Shown here: in pieces, positions 26,278 through 37,800 of the stretch | Layout of the letters: each line of letters starts with the position of its first letter | Position numbering within the stretch: position 1 is the first letter of the stretch | Source of the DNA: Amphiscolops sp. MND2022 | Lineage: Eukaryota | NCBI GenBank assembly: GCA_964187785.1 | Contig: OZ076415.1 | Coordinates: 33,852,001 to 33,916,000, forward strand | DNA length: 64,000 bases | Direction of reading: 5' to 3' | The notes under the pieces: model-generated | The model's input: the letters and a program-made list of their open reading frames with translations, nothing else | What the model was told of the DNA's origin: nothing | Databases searched by the model: none | Made by a program: the position numbers and the translations under genes

Positions 26278-29200
26278 TCAGCACTTAGAAGAAGAATCCT
26301 TACTGGGACTTCCAACAACAGAAGAAGCTGATGAGCGCGAACCACACCTCCCCCTCTTCCGCTTCTTACTGCTAGGGATTCTCACAGCAGACTGGTCACC
26401 CACAGTGCAACTATCCTCTAGATCTTCTTGAACAGTAACCCTCTTCGGAGCGGAATCAGACTTACGGTGAGTAGCCAAAAGAGATTTATATATGTTCGAC
26501 CGGCCAAAAGTGTCCACATGAGTCCAAGGATCGTAGTCGGATGAGAAGGCAGTGCGACCGAAAGACGCAATCAGAGAAGAGAACCTGGCAAGATTGGATT
26601 CCTCACCGCTCCGGATAACGGAACCAGGAACGTTAGCCATATAGCTTTGGCAAGGCAAAATCAAGGCGGTGAACCAACTTCGTCCTCCAGCTGTAGTAAC
26701 CTCCCCAAAGGTAACATCTGGGTAGTTAGGGCTAGTGACAGTCGTGCAGAGACAACTCAATTTGAAGAGGCATAAAACGTGAGAGCGCTCGTGAAGGAAC
26801 TCGAGCCCCATCAGGAACTCAATTAGATCAGCAGCTACGCTAGTTATGTCGAAATTAGAACCATAAGCGGTCCGAAGATGATCCAACAATTGGATGTATT
26901 AGTCACGACACTGGGACTTGTTAGATTCGTCGACCCAGGAACGAAGTGCGAAGGTGCTGTAAAGTACCTCGAAATGTCGCAAGGCAACGTCCATTGGTCT
27001 TTTCAGCATAATAAAGGGATCGAAGGCCGCCAGTCCCTTCACCAGGTTAGTGCTGAGGCCAGTCCTCTGGAGAACCCCATTGATTATGAACTGCATATAC
27101 TGTTGGCTGTCCTTAATGAAGCTAGTCTTCTCCGTTTCTGCAGTAGCCAGTATGGCGGATCGCTCAGTTTTCTTCCCGAAATGGACTCCCTCAGCCCTCG
27201 CCCTGCTTGCCGTAGTCACTTTACTGACCATCTTGAGACGGATCAAGTATTCGTCCTCGGGAAGGAAAGTAGCTTCACTCGTCTGGAAACGAAGGAGAAG
27301 AAACCAGGCATTAGCTAGAGGAGCAGTATCAGGGGTATATATACGCGAGCAGAGCGAACTGAGGAATTGACTGACTTCTCCACACAAGTAAAAGGACGAG
27401 TCACGGCGATATTGTAAGCTCACTGTGAAACTGGTTACGACTAGAAACAAACCAATCCCAAGTTCAAGAAATTGGGCGTCTTTGGACAAGGGGGGTAACT
27501 TATACTCACAGTCATTGACGATTTTACTGAAGAGTTCCAGTTTGACGACGAAGAATTCGTCACATATCAGCGACCACTCGAAACTCTGCACCTGGAACGG
27601 ATCGGCCATTAACCTGACGATTAAAGTCAGACCATACATAGCCTATGAATTGGTTGAGTGGTGAAAGGGCAACCTAAATTCCTTCATGTCTTAGATGTAG
27701 AAAAGGAAGACCCTAACCCTTCCACGGGATCCTTGACCTTCTTGCAGTGGCGCATGTGTAGTCAGGTACCGAACCACGTTCTTCCACTCAGCGATTAATT
27801 CCCGGCAGAGGACAGGCAATGTCACCACTTCAAGCTTGCAACTAGTTACGGCCTGAAGTACCAAGTAAAAATCAGAGTGTGACGAGCAAGCGAGATGCAC
27901 CTACCTAGACCTTATTCCTATGGCGGAAATATTATAGAGGAATTATTTACCTTAGTGCGCTCCGGACTGCGGATTACCCAATCTTCTGTAAGGGACCCGC
28001 CCAGGGAGACCATCAGAGCTTGTAAGACGGAAAAGAAATCAATCTTTCCAAAGACGCTGTAACTCGATTTATGCATGAGCCGGGATAAGGAGAAGTGTTC
28101 GAATCGTAAGCAGCTCTGGACCCCCTGATTATAATATTCCGATTCGTCAATGGCTTTGGGTAAATCTGAGTGACATCCGGAACAGGCTACAATCCCAGGC
28201 TTCGGTGACAGAGCTGAAAGGAGCCGGGAGAGAGACCCCAGCTCCCCTGTCACGTCGGTGGTTGTTCGGGAGCTTCGGCACACAAAAACTCTACAAAGTT
28301 CGCTGTTTTTCCAAAACTTGATGAACATGTGATTGTAGATCCCGACTGTCTCGAACTCAAGGGCGAAGCATTGTTGGGCATTGACTTGCTCAGCCACATC
28401 GTCGAAGCAGCAAATAAAGAAATGCTGGAAGATTGCCTAAAAGCAAAACCCATTCGAGAAAATGTGAAAGGGAAAGAAGCTTAGAAAGGCCAAAATTAGA
28501 CCGTTGGAATAAATAGTATTTACCGACAATCTCTCCTCTCCCCAATCAAAGTCATTGAAAGTGGCTTGGTGGTTGGTAAACAATCCCACTCGAGACCACA
28601 GATTGCGCAGGACCATCATGTCGCCTTGGGTCTTGATGAAATCCCCGACTAGGCAGAGTTGAGTTGTGACACGTGCCTCAGGGGTAACTAGGGCGGTCGT
28701 GGATCCCTTGATGAAGTCCTCGTAGAAGGGGAAGCGTTCCCCTATGTCCACAAGTTCAACATGAATAAACTTAGTAAGTTCTTTAGCCAACTCGACCTTG
28801 GACAGGAGCTTTCCATTGCCGCCACGGACTCGGTGCTGTACCTTCCCACTGACGGGATCGGTGCTGCGCAAATGTTCATAACGCCATCGTTGGTCACGGC
28901 GCAGGTGGTGTCTCAATATTTCGTATGGGCCCTTGGACTTGATGGAGAAGTTCTTCTTACAAATGTGACACCACACCATATGGGGATTATGGAGCGGGTC
29001 AGCAGGACCGGAAATAAAGGATCTTGTCCATCCTATTTTTGAGAAGAACGCTTCTCGCATCGGGACACCTCTCTTGGACAGATTCTTGTTACCCTTCTTT
29101 TTCTTGGCTTTGGACGAACTAGTGGTGACGGTTTCTCGGACTTGGTCCCTTACTTCAAGACGTGTAGCATCTTGACTACTGTATTCTGGGGTACTAGCCT

Positions 29201-30488
29201 CAACTTCTCGCTGGGAATCCAAGCCTGGCGCTTGAGACATTGGGGCACCTTGAGCGTCGGAACCTCGTTTGAAAGACTGCGCAATCAAGTCCATTTTAGT
29301 AGCGTTGTCACTTTCGCCATAATAGGAAGAGTCGACAGTCTCACCCGAACTGGAAGGGTCCGAATCCCTACCTCTGAGTGTTGATTCTCCTTCCGTGTCG
29401 CTTCCGCTTGTGTCTCCACCAGCGCTTGGCCCAGGAGTTTGAGCTCGCCTGCCTGAGTAGAATTGTGAGGTTCTTGAAGGGGCGACAGCTGGTTTCCCTC
29501 GCACTGCATCAACGACCATCCGTTCCATGGTCGAAAAAGATCTGCTGAGAGTTTCGTCCGTGAGTACCCTGAGGAGGTGGTACACTTGTGGCTCAGTGAA
29601 GGATACGGTAGTGTGCCCAACCGGGAGCCGCGTTACAGGAGATTCATCAAAGCACTCCTTCAAGATGGCTCGGCTTCTCCCCGAAAGATGTGGGGGGCCG
29701 CCCTCAGTTTTGTCCTGTCCTGGAAGTTGTTTGCTGGTACTGGGCACAAGGAGTTCTGACCCGGTATCATCTTCTGTCCCAGTTTCTGACACATGAGTGA
29801 ACGGATGACGCCCGTACAAGGACACTGGAATGGCCAGACTAGACTGGTCCGTTACGCCCTCGTCCCCACTTGGGTCAGTCAAGTAACGGACCTTGCACTC
29901 TCCCCCAGGAAGAGGAGGCACATCGCCTACAGAGGATGCTGCTTCCGTATCTTGGTGAACAGGTGAAAGACCACTAGGATCATCATGGGACTGGCTGACG
30001 TTCACGAGCTCAGCTAACTGTGAGTCAGAGGTCACAACCACTCGGAAGGAGGATGCCAAAGCAGACAAGTCAGTGGTTGGGGCTGTTCCTTCATTGATTG
30101 CAAGTGGAGTACTTGCTCTTTGACTCTCAACTGTAGTCGGCACTGGGAATTCCTCTTGGACACCTGAGTTGACATTATGGACTGTCTCAGACAGGGTGAC
30201 ATCGTCATGTACTTGACTGAGTGTGTGTCGACTTTCCAACTGGTGCACCATTGATTCGGCATATGTTGTCACATCAGGATCACTGTAAACGCTATGGGTG
30301 GAAGTGATGTCTTCTGTCTGACTTTGGAGAGCACTCAGGCTCTGGGACTGCGGTTCCTTACTGACTGGAGGATCGACGGTTGAGGCATCGACGGGATGGC
30401 TGTCTGGTGTATTGACAACTTCAGTTGTTTGTTTCTCTAAACGAAAAGAGATGAAGTTCGGCGGTATGCTTCCTCGAAAAGAATCCAT
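26278..30488 (-). CDS. Antisense 4-exon accessory gene of element B (about 1330 aa): acidic N-terminus, BED-like finger, hAT-transposase-like body; exons 30488-28524, 28436-27951, 27900-27718, 27642-26278; one premature stop at 26901-26899
   Basis: Four minus-strand ORFs join in frame through phase-0 GT-AG introns of 87, 50 and 75 bp; WCHICKKNFSIKSKGPYEILRHH finger; C-terminal HVLCLFKLSCLC helix resembles the start of a hAT dimerisation region. Confidence 0.8.
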
Positions 30489-31551
30489 TTTGCCGCATTA
30501 GAAATCTTCCGGAAGTGCTTGAGAATTTGAACAAAATATGCTATCACACGCTTATTAATGGAAACAGGAAGCTTATTGTGAACGGATTTGGCTCTGATCA
30601 AGCTAAACTAGTTCAATATATGAAAACCAGACCAACCTGTACTCGATGACATGTCTCTCCAATGTTGGTACTCCAGCGAGAGTTATTTTGAGCCGTCTGA
30701 TGGGAATTGGGGACGTTGGCCGTTCAAGATCGAAGTTGAAAGAGCAACAAGGATACTCCGAAGAGAAGTGACGATGAGAGCGCTACGGATGTGGTCAACC
30801 AGATTTCATTTAGGAGATTGCAAATAAAAAAACAAATGTAAGGTGATCGGAATTAAATGGAATCAGAATTGGATAAAAAATTGAAGAAGTTGAAAAGTTG
30901 GAGTTCGTGGCTGAAGGAAATTACCAGACTAATATTATTTGATTATTTATATATTTATTCTGTACATGGAGTCTGCCAGCGAAATGTACAAAGATCTTCA
31001 TTATCTGCAGCTTACTTAGTTAATGGCCGGTTATGTCTGTTTGCCTTGTTTCGTTTCGACGTTTCGTCCAGTTACCCTAGTTACCCTTAGTTAGAATTTT
31101 CGCCATCTTGGATTATTTAGATTTATTATTTTTGCCATTTTTATTATTCAATTTTACAATTTATCAAGGCTTAGTTCTGATTGGCTGAAGCCATTTTGAG
31201 AAAACTTTGCGACGCATGCCGTTAATTGTTTACAAGCGACCCGTTAATTACCCAATTGAGACTGGTGTAGTTTATATTAATAACTCAAGCGTCATTCATA
31301 CCTCTCATAGTGATGATGCTGATGAGGGGTAAACACTGAAATATCAAAGGAAGCCGCCTAATAATGGAATTACATTCTGAAAAGTTTTTGACGGATCAGG
31401 ACGATTAACCGAAGGTCTAACCGCCAAATTGGAAACTTCGGGAAAACACCTTACTCGGCTAAATTCTCGGATTTGATAAATTCATTCTACCCTAAAACTT
31501 CATCACGATACAGTTGCATCTACAAGCTTCAAAATAGCGAAAAAAGCCATC

Positions 31552-32334
31552 ATGAGTAAATACAACCTCGCAAGGAAGTTATTTGACTTTGAAGAATACG
31601 ATTCTGATAACTCTGGTAAATCAGTAATCTACATATCCAGTAGTGAAGATGAGTCCTCGGACTGGGAAACCGATTGTTCGACTGACACCGAGCAACTGAT
31701 AGCCCGGATTGAAAAGGAAGTTACTTCTAGCCCAATGTTAATCGGGGGCAAAATAGTGACTATGGATGAACCCGAAGACGAAGCGAGAGCTGGACCAAGT
31801 ACGTCTCAAATGGAAGAAGGGGTGACACCGAAACTGGGCCTTGAATACTTCGATAGGGAAATGTGCTATGCCCCGCCAAGGAAATTCGAGAAGAAGCACA
31901 TAAATCTCTGTAACACAATAATGCCCGTCTTCGAATCACCTATGTCCCCCCCAGAGCACGAAAGGGGTCCAAGTGTGGACACCCCCCTTCTCCAGCCAGC
32001 TCCGAGCAACTTTCATGCGTCATACCATGTACAGAATTCAGTACCCTACCAGAATGTCAGTGAGGTACGTTATACCGGATGCATGGTTTGTGGCCGGTCG
32101 GTGGACTCGATCAAAGACGAAAAGGTGAAATGGTATATGCAGCGTTCTACACCAAGAGACGAACCCGAATACATAACGAGACTCAGAAAGGAAGCATATG
32201 AAAACGGACTTAATGCTGGCTGTTTTCTCTTCATCACACCCGCAGTGTCGCAGGCTGCCGCCTGTGACGGTACGACAGTGACTACATCGGCAAACGGGCA
32301 AGAGTTTGTGCCCGGAACACTACCCATCTATTGA
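31552..32334 (+). CDS. Sense accessory ORF (260 aa, acidic N-terminus, CxxC) of element B, ending inside the 3' LTR; function unknown
   Basis: Intact ATG-to-TGA ORF; homolog in element A at the same position; last 89 nt lie in the LTR. Confidence 0.75.
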   Translation: MSKYNLARKLFDFEEYDSDNSGKSVIYISSSEDESSDWETDCSTDTEQLIARIEKEVTSSPMLIGGKIVTMDEPEDEARAGPSTSQMEEGVTPKLGLEYFDREMCYAPPRKFEKKHINLCNTIMPVFESPMSPPEHERGPSVDTPLLQPAPSNFHASYHVQNSVPYQNVSEVRYTGCMVCGRSVDSIKDEKVKWYMQRSTPRDEPEYITRLRKEAYENGLNAGCFLFITPAVSQAAACDGTTVTTSANGQEFVPGTLPIY

Positions 32335-34166
32335 TCAGGTTAAAACACGGAACTTTAAAACTTTTTGCCATTTTGATTATTCGCTACATAGTATGTTTGT
32401 TAATGTTGCTGGTCTTAATATATATTTGCATATGTAAAAATAGTCTGTTAAAACTACATTTGAAGGCCCAAAACAATGTAATTGTGGTTCAAAAGTTGGA
32501 AGGTGCTTTGCGATTATGAAAGTAATACGTAGCAATGTAGCTGTACAACGTAAAGCAAACGAGTTCAAGTGACACTCAGCGATAATCCAAAAACGTCACT
32601 TGAGCTCATTCCCCCAACCAATCACAGCGCTTCAATTCACGAGTGCAATATGGCTTTGATTTGGTAGCGGCCGAATATGGCCAATTAACTTAATGTCCAC
32701 AGATTGTTTTGTACTTTGGTCAAATGGCCGGTTTAGGCCGTCTTAACGTAATGAATGATGCTGTTTTACCTGTACCCCATAATTAACCACATTGATTGGG
32801 GATTATTCTAGAAGTATTTTAATATTGGAATAATACCAACGTACCCTTCAACGGACCAAATGAACCAAATGTTGATCAAAGGCCGTATAGGGTCTTTTAC
32901 CTTTTTCCCCCTAGTATTGTGCTATTAACCAGGATTTGGCCAATTTCGGCCCTTTTTGGGAAATACCCCTATTTAGTGATGCAGTGATATTTAAATAGAT
33001 TATCTGTATTTTTGTATTATTTGAATTTGCTTCCCCCTACGATGACCTATAGCCACGTGGTGGCACGTGCTAACACTGCATACCAGTGCTACGAGCCTCG
33101 CATTCCAACAACGAGCTTAACATTTGTTGACATTGCAATAATAATATGTAGAATAGATATGTTGTTTGAAGTACCGTTAAGGATATTTACCATTATGTTG
33201 ATTGTTTGATGTTACATTTCGGGAGACAAATATGTCAAGAATTCTCCCAATCAAGATTTCACAGAAATATGTGATTGATGCTTTCCGATGATATAGGAAA
33301 GATGTAAACGGAAATTCTTATGGTGCAAATACCTTTCAAAACCATACCTGTTAAATACCAGAGATATGTAAAAATCAAGTGCATTACATACCTTACGATG
33401 TCAACCTTGGATGAAAATATGTAAAATATGTGAGTGTCACCCGCTCAGGGGAATAAATACCGGTGTTTAGCCTGAGCGGGGCACAATTCATATTATACGA
33501 CTCTAGAAAAGATTGATTTCCAAACGGCTTCGCTGTTATTTCCGTATTGATTAATTTATTGTTAATTCGGAATTGTTTCTATGCCTACTACTAGAAAACA
33601 GAAAAAGGCAAGAAAGTCAAGAGGACTCGAGATGTTGTCAGATATCGAGAACATAGACATTATGTTAGGAGAAAATCATTTTAACACAAGAGAGAGAGAA
33701 AGTAGCTTGAACAGTAACTTGCCTAGAAGGTCTAGAAGCTTTGCAGGCAATGAATCTGAGAACGAAAATGCAAATGTAAGTAGAAATCAGAGAAATGATC
33801 ACTCTAGAACAAATACCGAATATGACCAAAATTCAGTTACAGCCAACTCTAGTGCTGAGATTAACAGGTTGTCAAGTGAATTGAATTCCCGCATTTCACG
33901 GGAAATGGACGAGATGATGAATTCTGTGAGTGTTCAGATTCAGAGGACCATAAATGATGCGATAAGTACCCAGGTACTTCCTCAAATCCAAAACGCTATT
34001 ATGGCCGGATCGGGACATGGGACCGGAAAAGGATGGGGCGTTCCGTCCGAGAGACCGGAACTAAATTCCGAAGTTCAGCGAAACTTAAATGCGAAAAATA
34101 ACTCTAGGAATGAACAGGTTGAGAATCAGTTAAACAATGACTACCCTGACCTAAACGTTCATGACA
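32246..34166 (+). repeat. 3' LTR of element B (1921 bp)
   Basis: Similarity to the 5' LTR ends exactly at CATGACA; followed by the TSD. Confidence 0.95.
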
Positions 34167-34210
34167 TGATGCCTTACAGAAAGATTGTGGATCATCACTC
34201 TGCTCTATGA
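33581..34210 (+). CDS. LTR-encoded copy of the gag N-terminus (MPTTRKQKK...), open through the LTR end and reading 14 codons into the flank
   Basis: Same sequence as 19148-19733 but with TGG where the 5' LTR has TAG. Confidence 0.6.
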   Translation: MPTTRKQKKARKSRGLEMLSDIENIDIMLGENHFNTRERESSLNSNLPRRSRSFAGNESENENANVSRNQRNDHSRTNTEYDQNSVTANSSAEINRLSSELNSRISREMDEMMNSVSVQIQRTINDAISTQVLPQIQNAIMAGSGHGTGKGWGVPSERPELNSEVQRNLNAKNNSRNEQVENQLNNDYPDLNVHDMMPYRKIVDHHSAL

Positions 34211-34689
34211 AGAATTTTACTGGAACGATTAGGGACCATCAACAACAAATCGACAATTTTGCGCTAATTTAGCCTGTTTTGAGAGTTTCATTTTTCACAT
34301 TTATCACAATTTCGATGTCGTTTTGCAACCCTAGCTAGTATTACAACAATATATATGAACTCGCAAAGAAGGAGGAATTATTCTAGCGCCCATTCACATT
34401 CACCCTCAGATGACAAAAGTTGTAGAGCAAATTTTTGACGGATTTCTTCGCCAAAATCTCAAAAAACCCCGTCGACCCACTGAGACAATCTTACGACTAG
34501 AAAAACGAAAAAATTTTTCGAAACAGTCATAAAACGAAATTCGATTAGGTTTAGTTCGGAAGTTCGGAAACGTCAGAATATTCTACCAAAAGTCCAAGTC
34601 TTTTGAAGAGTTCGAGGACCATGGGCACTAACAAGTGATGGTAAACAAGACGCCCGCTAAGCACCGGGATATTCTCCGCTAAAAATGAA

Positions 34690-34752
34690 CGCATCAGCAC
34701 GGGTTCGAACCCACAACCTCGTGTCTGCCACTAAGCAAACGTGGCAGACACG
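34690..34752 (-). repeat. tRNA-derived (SINE-like) fragment with B-box and a 12-bp hairpin
   Basis: GGGTTCGAACCC B-box; perfect stem CGTGTCTGCCAC (34720-34731) / GTGGCAGACACG (34741-34752); no complete cloverleaf. Confidence 0.45.
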
Positions 34753-34869
34753 AAACTAAGAAACTACTAAATGGGCATTACTGAGAAACTAGAATAGACA
34801 AGTGACTAAAGTAGTCAAGTAACTCTAAATGAGGTGAAACTGGGAGGACAAATGGCAGAATGTGGGAAA

Positions 34870-37800
34870 AAAACGCAACACAGATCGTGATTTTCCTCCC
34901 CCATTTATATGGGGGGAAATAACGAGTTTTATTACATCAGGAACCTACTTGACACTTTTTGCCAATGAACCAGGTCTCGAATTTCTTCTTCGTTTAAAAA
35001 CATTTTTGTCGGAGGGCACTTTCAAGACAGCTCTTCCATGTTTTCATCAAAGTTATAGAGCATCGACAGAAGAATGGAAAATCCCATTCATTCGGGGAAT
35101 GCACGGTGAAGAAAGGCACGCAATACATGAATAGTTTTCCACTGTTGTCAACAAAAAAGGTCAATTGTTTTTCTACAGCTTGCTGATGGCGGAAAAAATA
35201 GTGACCGACTTCGAAACAAGATACTGTTGTTTTTGAGAATACATTTCAGTTTGTGATGCTTGTTTCATTACTCCCAATGTTTCTATCGACAAATTCAAGA
35301 ATTTGGGTCGACGACAAAATTTTTGATCACCATGATTTCCAAAATTTGTGCAGATGTTTCCAGCTTGGCCTTTTTGCCTCCACGCGAACTACGGTCACAA
35401 TTCCAACTTTTCAAGAATGAGTGTCAATACTTAAATTTTCCGTTTCCAAACGTCGAACAAAATTTGAACTATGTTCCTCAATTTAGGGTTTTTGGAACCG
35501 TCGGAATAGAGATATGGAACGCAATATTTCCAATTGCAATTCGCTGAACAAGTACGTGTAGGCACCAATAGGAGAGCTGAATTGGCCTCAAAAGTTTTCC
35601 GTTGTTTGATAGAAAGCCCCCAGCCCAAAGAAAAAGTAATTTCGAAAATTTACTTTGAAAACGCTTTCACTTCGATAAACCGACAATTCATGCTAGTGAA
35701 AACTTTTGAAGTACACCCTGAAGTATACAAGTACATACAATCGGATTACAGTCAGCCAAGTTTTCTTTTTTTTTCAACGATGATCCTGTAATCAAATCTT
35801 GTGAAGGGACCCAGCAAGGAAATCCTGAGTCTCCAGTTATATTTACAAATTCCATTTAGGATCTGATTGAAGGTTGGAGTCGAGAAAGGTACCTTGACGA
35901 TGGAAATTTAAGTGTGAAGATTACAGAACCGTTTTGAAAGGTGTCAAACAAATTGCTGTAGCGGAAAAAAACGCTGATACTCAAAATTGAACCCACGAAA
36001 TGCGAAACTTTTTTCTATTTTGACATCACTAAAAAATGACAATCGACAGTTCTAGCATCTTTCCAAACACTTTGCCACGTAATCAAAACACCAAAGAAAA
36101 ATGAACTTATCGATCTCGGTTCACCGCTCGGGCCGAAGTCGCAGGCAGACTTATTGGAAAAGAAAATATTGAACTGGAAGAAGTCAATGGAAATGTTGAA
36201 AAACTAGATGCGCATTTTTTTATGTTGAAAGTGTGCTTCAGTCTGCCAAAGTTGTTGTACTTCCTGAGAACTAGTACATGTTCATTCAGCTCTCTTGAAA
36301 AAGTATGGCAAAACAGTACACTACGGGCTTTCCAAAGTGTGTAACGTGAACTGTGGCAATATTTCGAGTAATCAGTTGGCTCTGCCTGCTGAAATGGGTG
36401 GCCTTGGGGTTTCATCCGTATCATTATTATCACTAGGGGGGACCAACAATAGCACTAACAAACGTTTTTATAGCGCTATTAAATAGCGCTCAAAAAACTT
36501 TAAAATAGCACTAAAAATAGCACTTAAAATTGATTTTTTTGTATTTTACTCGCCCAAAAACTATTGAAAAAACAATTACTTGGATGCATATTGTTAATTA
36601 TTCAGATGAATTAACAAAGCCAATTACATAATCAGGCAAATTTTCGTCTGCAAAGTTTCTATCTGATGCCAAAAGTTTTCTCAATTTTGAAAATGACCTC
36701 TCAATAACAGCATCGGACGCTGGAGATCTTTGTAACAGAGATATAATGTTTGGGTCACAATCATCAGGTGGATCAATGAGCTTTTGTAGATCAGGCATTT
36801 TCGAAAGTCGGCTTTTCAGGTAAACAAGTATATCTTTTGCAGCTTCTTCGTTTTCGATAGTTGTTACCCAAGACTGGATTTTTCGATAACCTTGTAACTG
36901 AGTGCATTCGTGGTGTTCTAACTGAAGTATAAGTGCAGGTAATTCTGCGTACACTCGAGAAATTTCAACAAGCTGTGCGGCAACCCCGGGTGCTGAAAAA
37001 GCAGCAATAACTTTTAATCTGTTTAACAATTCTTCGGCATTGGGTTTCACTCGGGACTTTGTGAGTAGTATACTTTTCTAGAAACTTTTTCAGGCGGTCA
37101 ACTTTTTTGAAAGGAATATCTGCCTCTAGGCACGTTAAAACGAAATCTGCATCAAAGGAGTTGGTTGATAATGTGCTTGTAATTGTCGAAGAACTAGCTG
37201 TTCCTTGGCGTAATTTATTTTGGTGTACTCCACAAGCACGGTGGTTGTCGATAGCAAACTTTTTGTCCGAGTTAACGGGCTTGTCGCATAATTTACAAAT
37301 TAATTCTCCGTTTGGTAAAACACGGAATTCCGATGGATATTTTTGAGCATAAATTGAAGATTTCTCATGCTTAGTAAGCGGTATTTTAGGCATAGTTGAT
37401 CTTAAAATACAACAAAGATGAGTAGGCGTGTTATATTTATTTGCTTTATGCATTCAAGGTGTCCAACAAAATAAGTAGTAAGTGTATGTTTATTTATCGT
37501 GTGAAATAATATTGGTTTTCAGGCGACAGACAAAATAGCAATCAAGTTCAAAATGTAAGAGAAAATAGCATTTATAGCATTAATAGCATTTATAGCATTT
37601 GGTTCCCCCTAATTATCACTTTCCGTCTTTTTGGTCTCAGCTTTTGGTGCCAGTAATTTCCTCACAACAATTTCTTGGAAAGAATCGAAGATGTGTCGTT
37701 TACAAACGCGCAAGAGAAATGGTTCAGTATGACGAATGAACAGGAAAGTTCTCTTGATGGAACCCGGAAAAAGTTGAATACAGCTTGTCTACGTCAAAAC

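Larger units (their letters stand above)
17822..34166 (+). mobile_element. Giant Ty3/Gypsy LTR retrotransposon, element B (young, near-complete, 16,345 bp)
   Basis: Near-identical LTRs 17822-19733 and 32246-34166 with TGTC...GACA termini; PBS at 19734; flanks AGATG (17817-17821) and TGATG (34167-34171) form a 5-bp TSD with 1 mismatch; full gag-pol inside. Confidence 0.95.

Noticed and set aside
26278-32334. env gene interpretation of the post-pol ORFs
   Set aside because: The large gene is antisense and neither ORF shows a signal peptide, furin site or transmembrane anchor.
17822-34166. DIRS or tyrosine-recombinase element
   Set aside because: Direct LTRs, a TSD and a DDE integrase are present; no YR motifs were seen.
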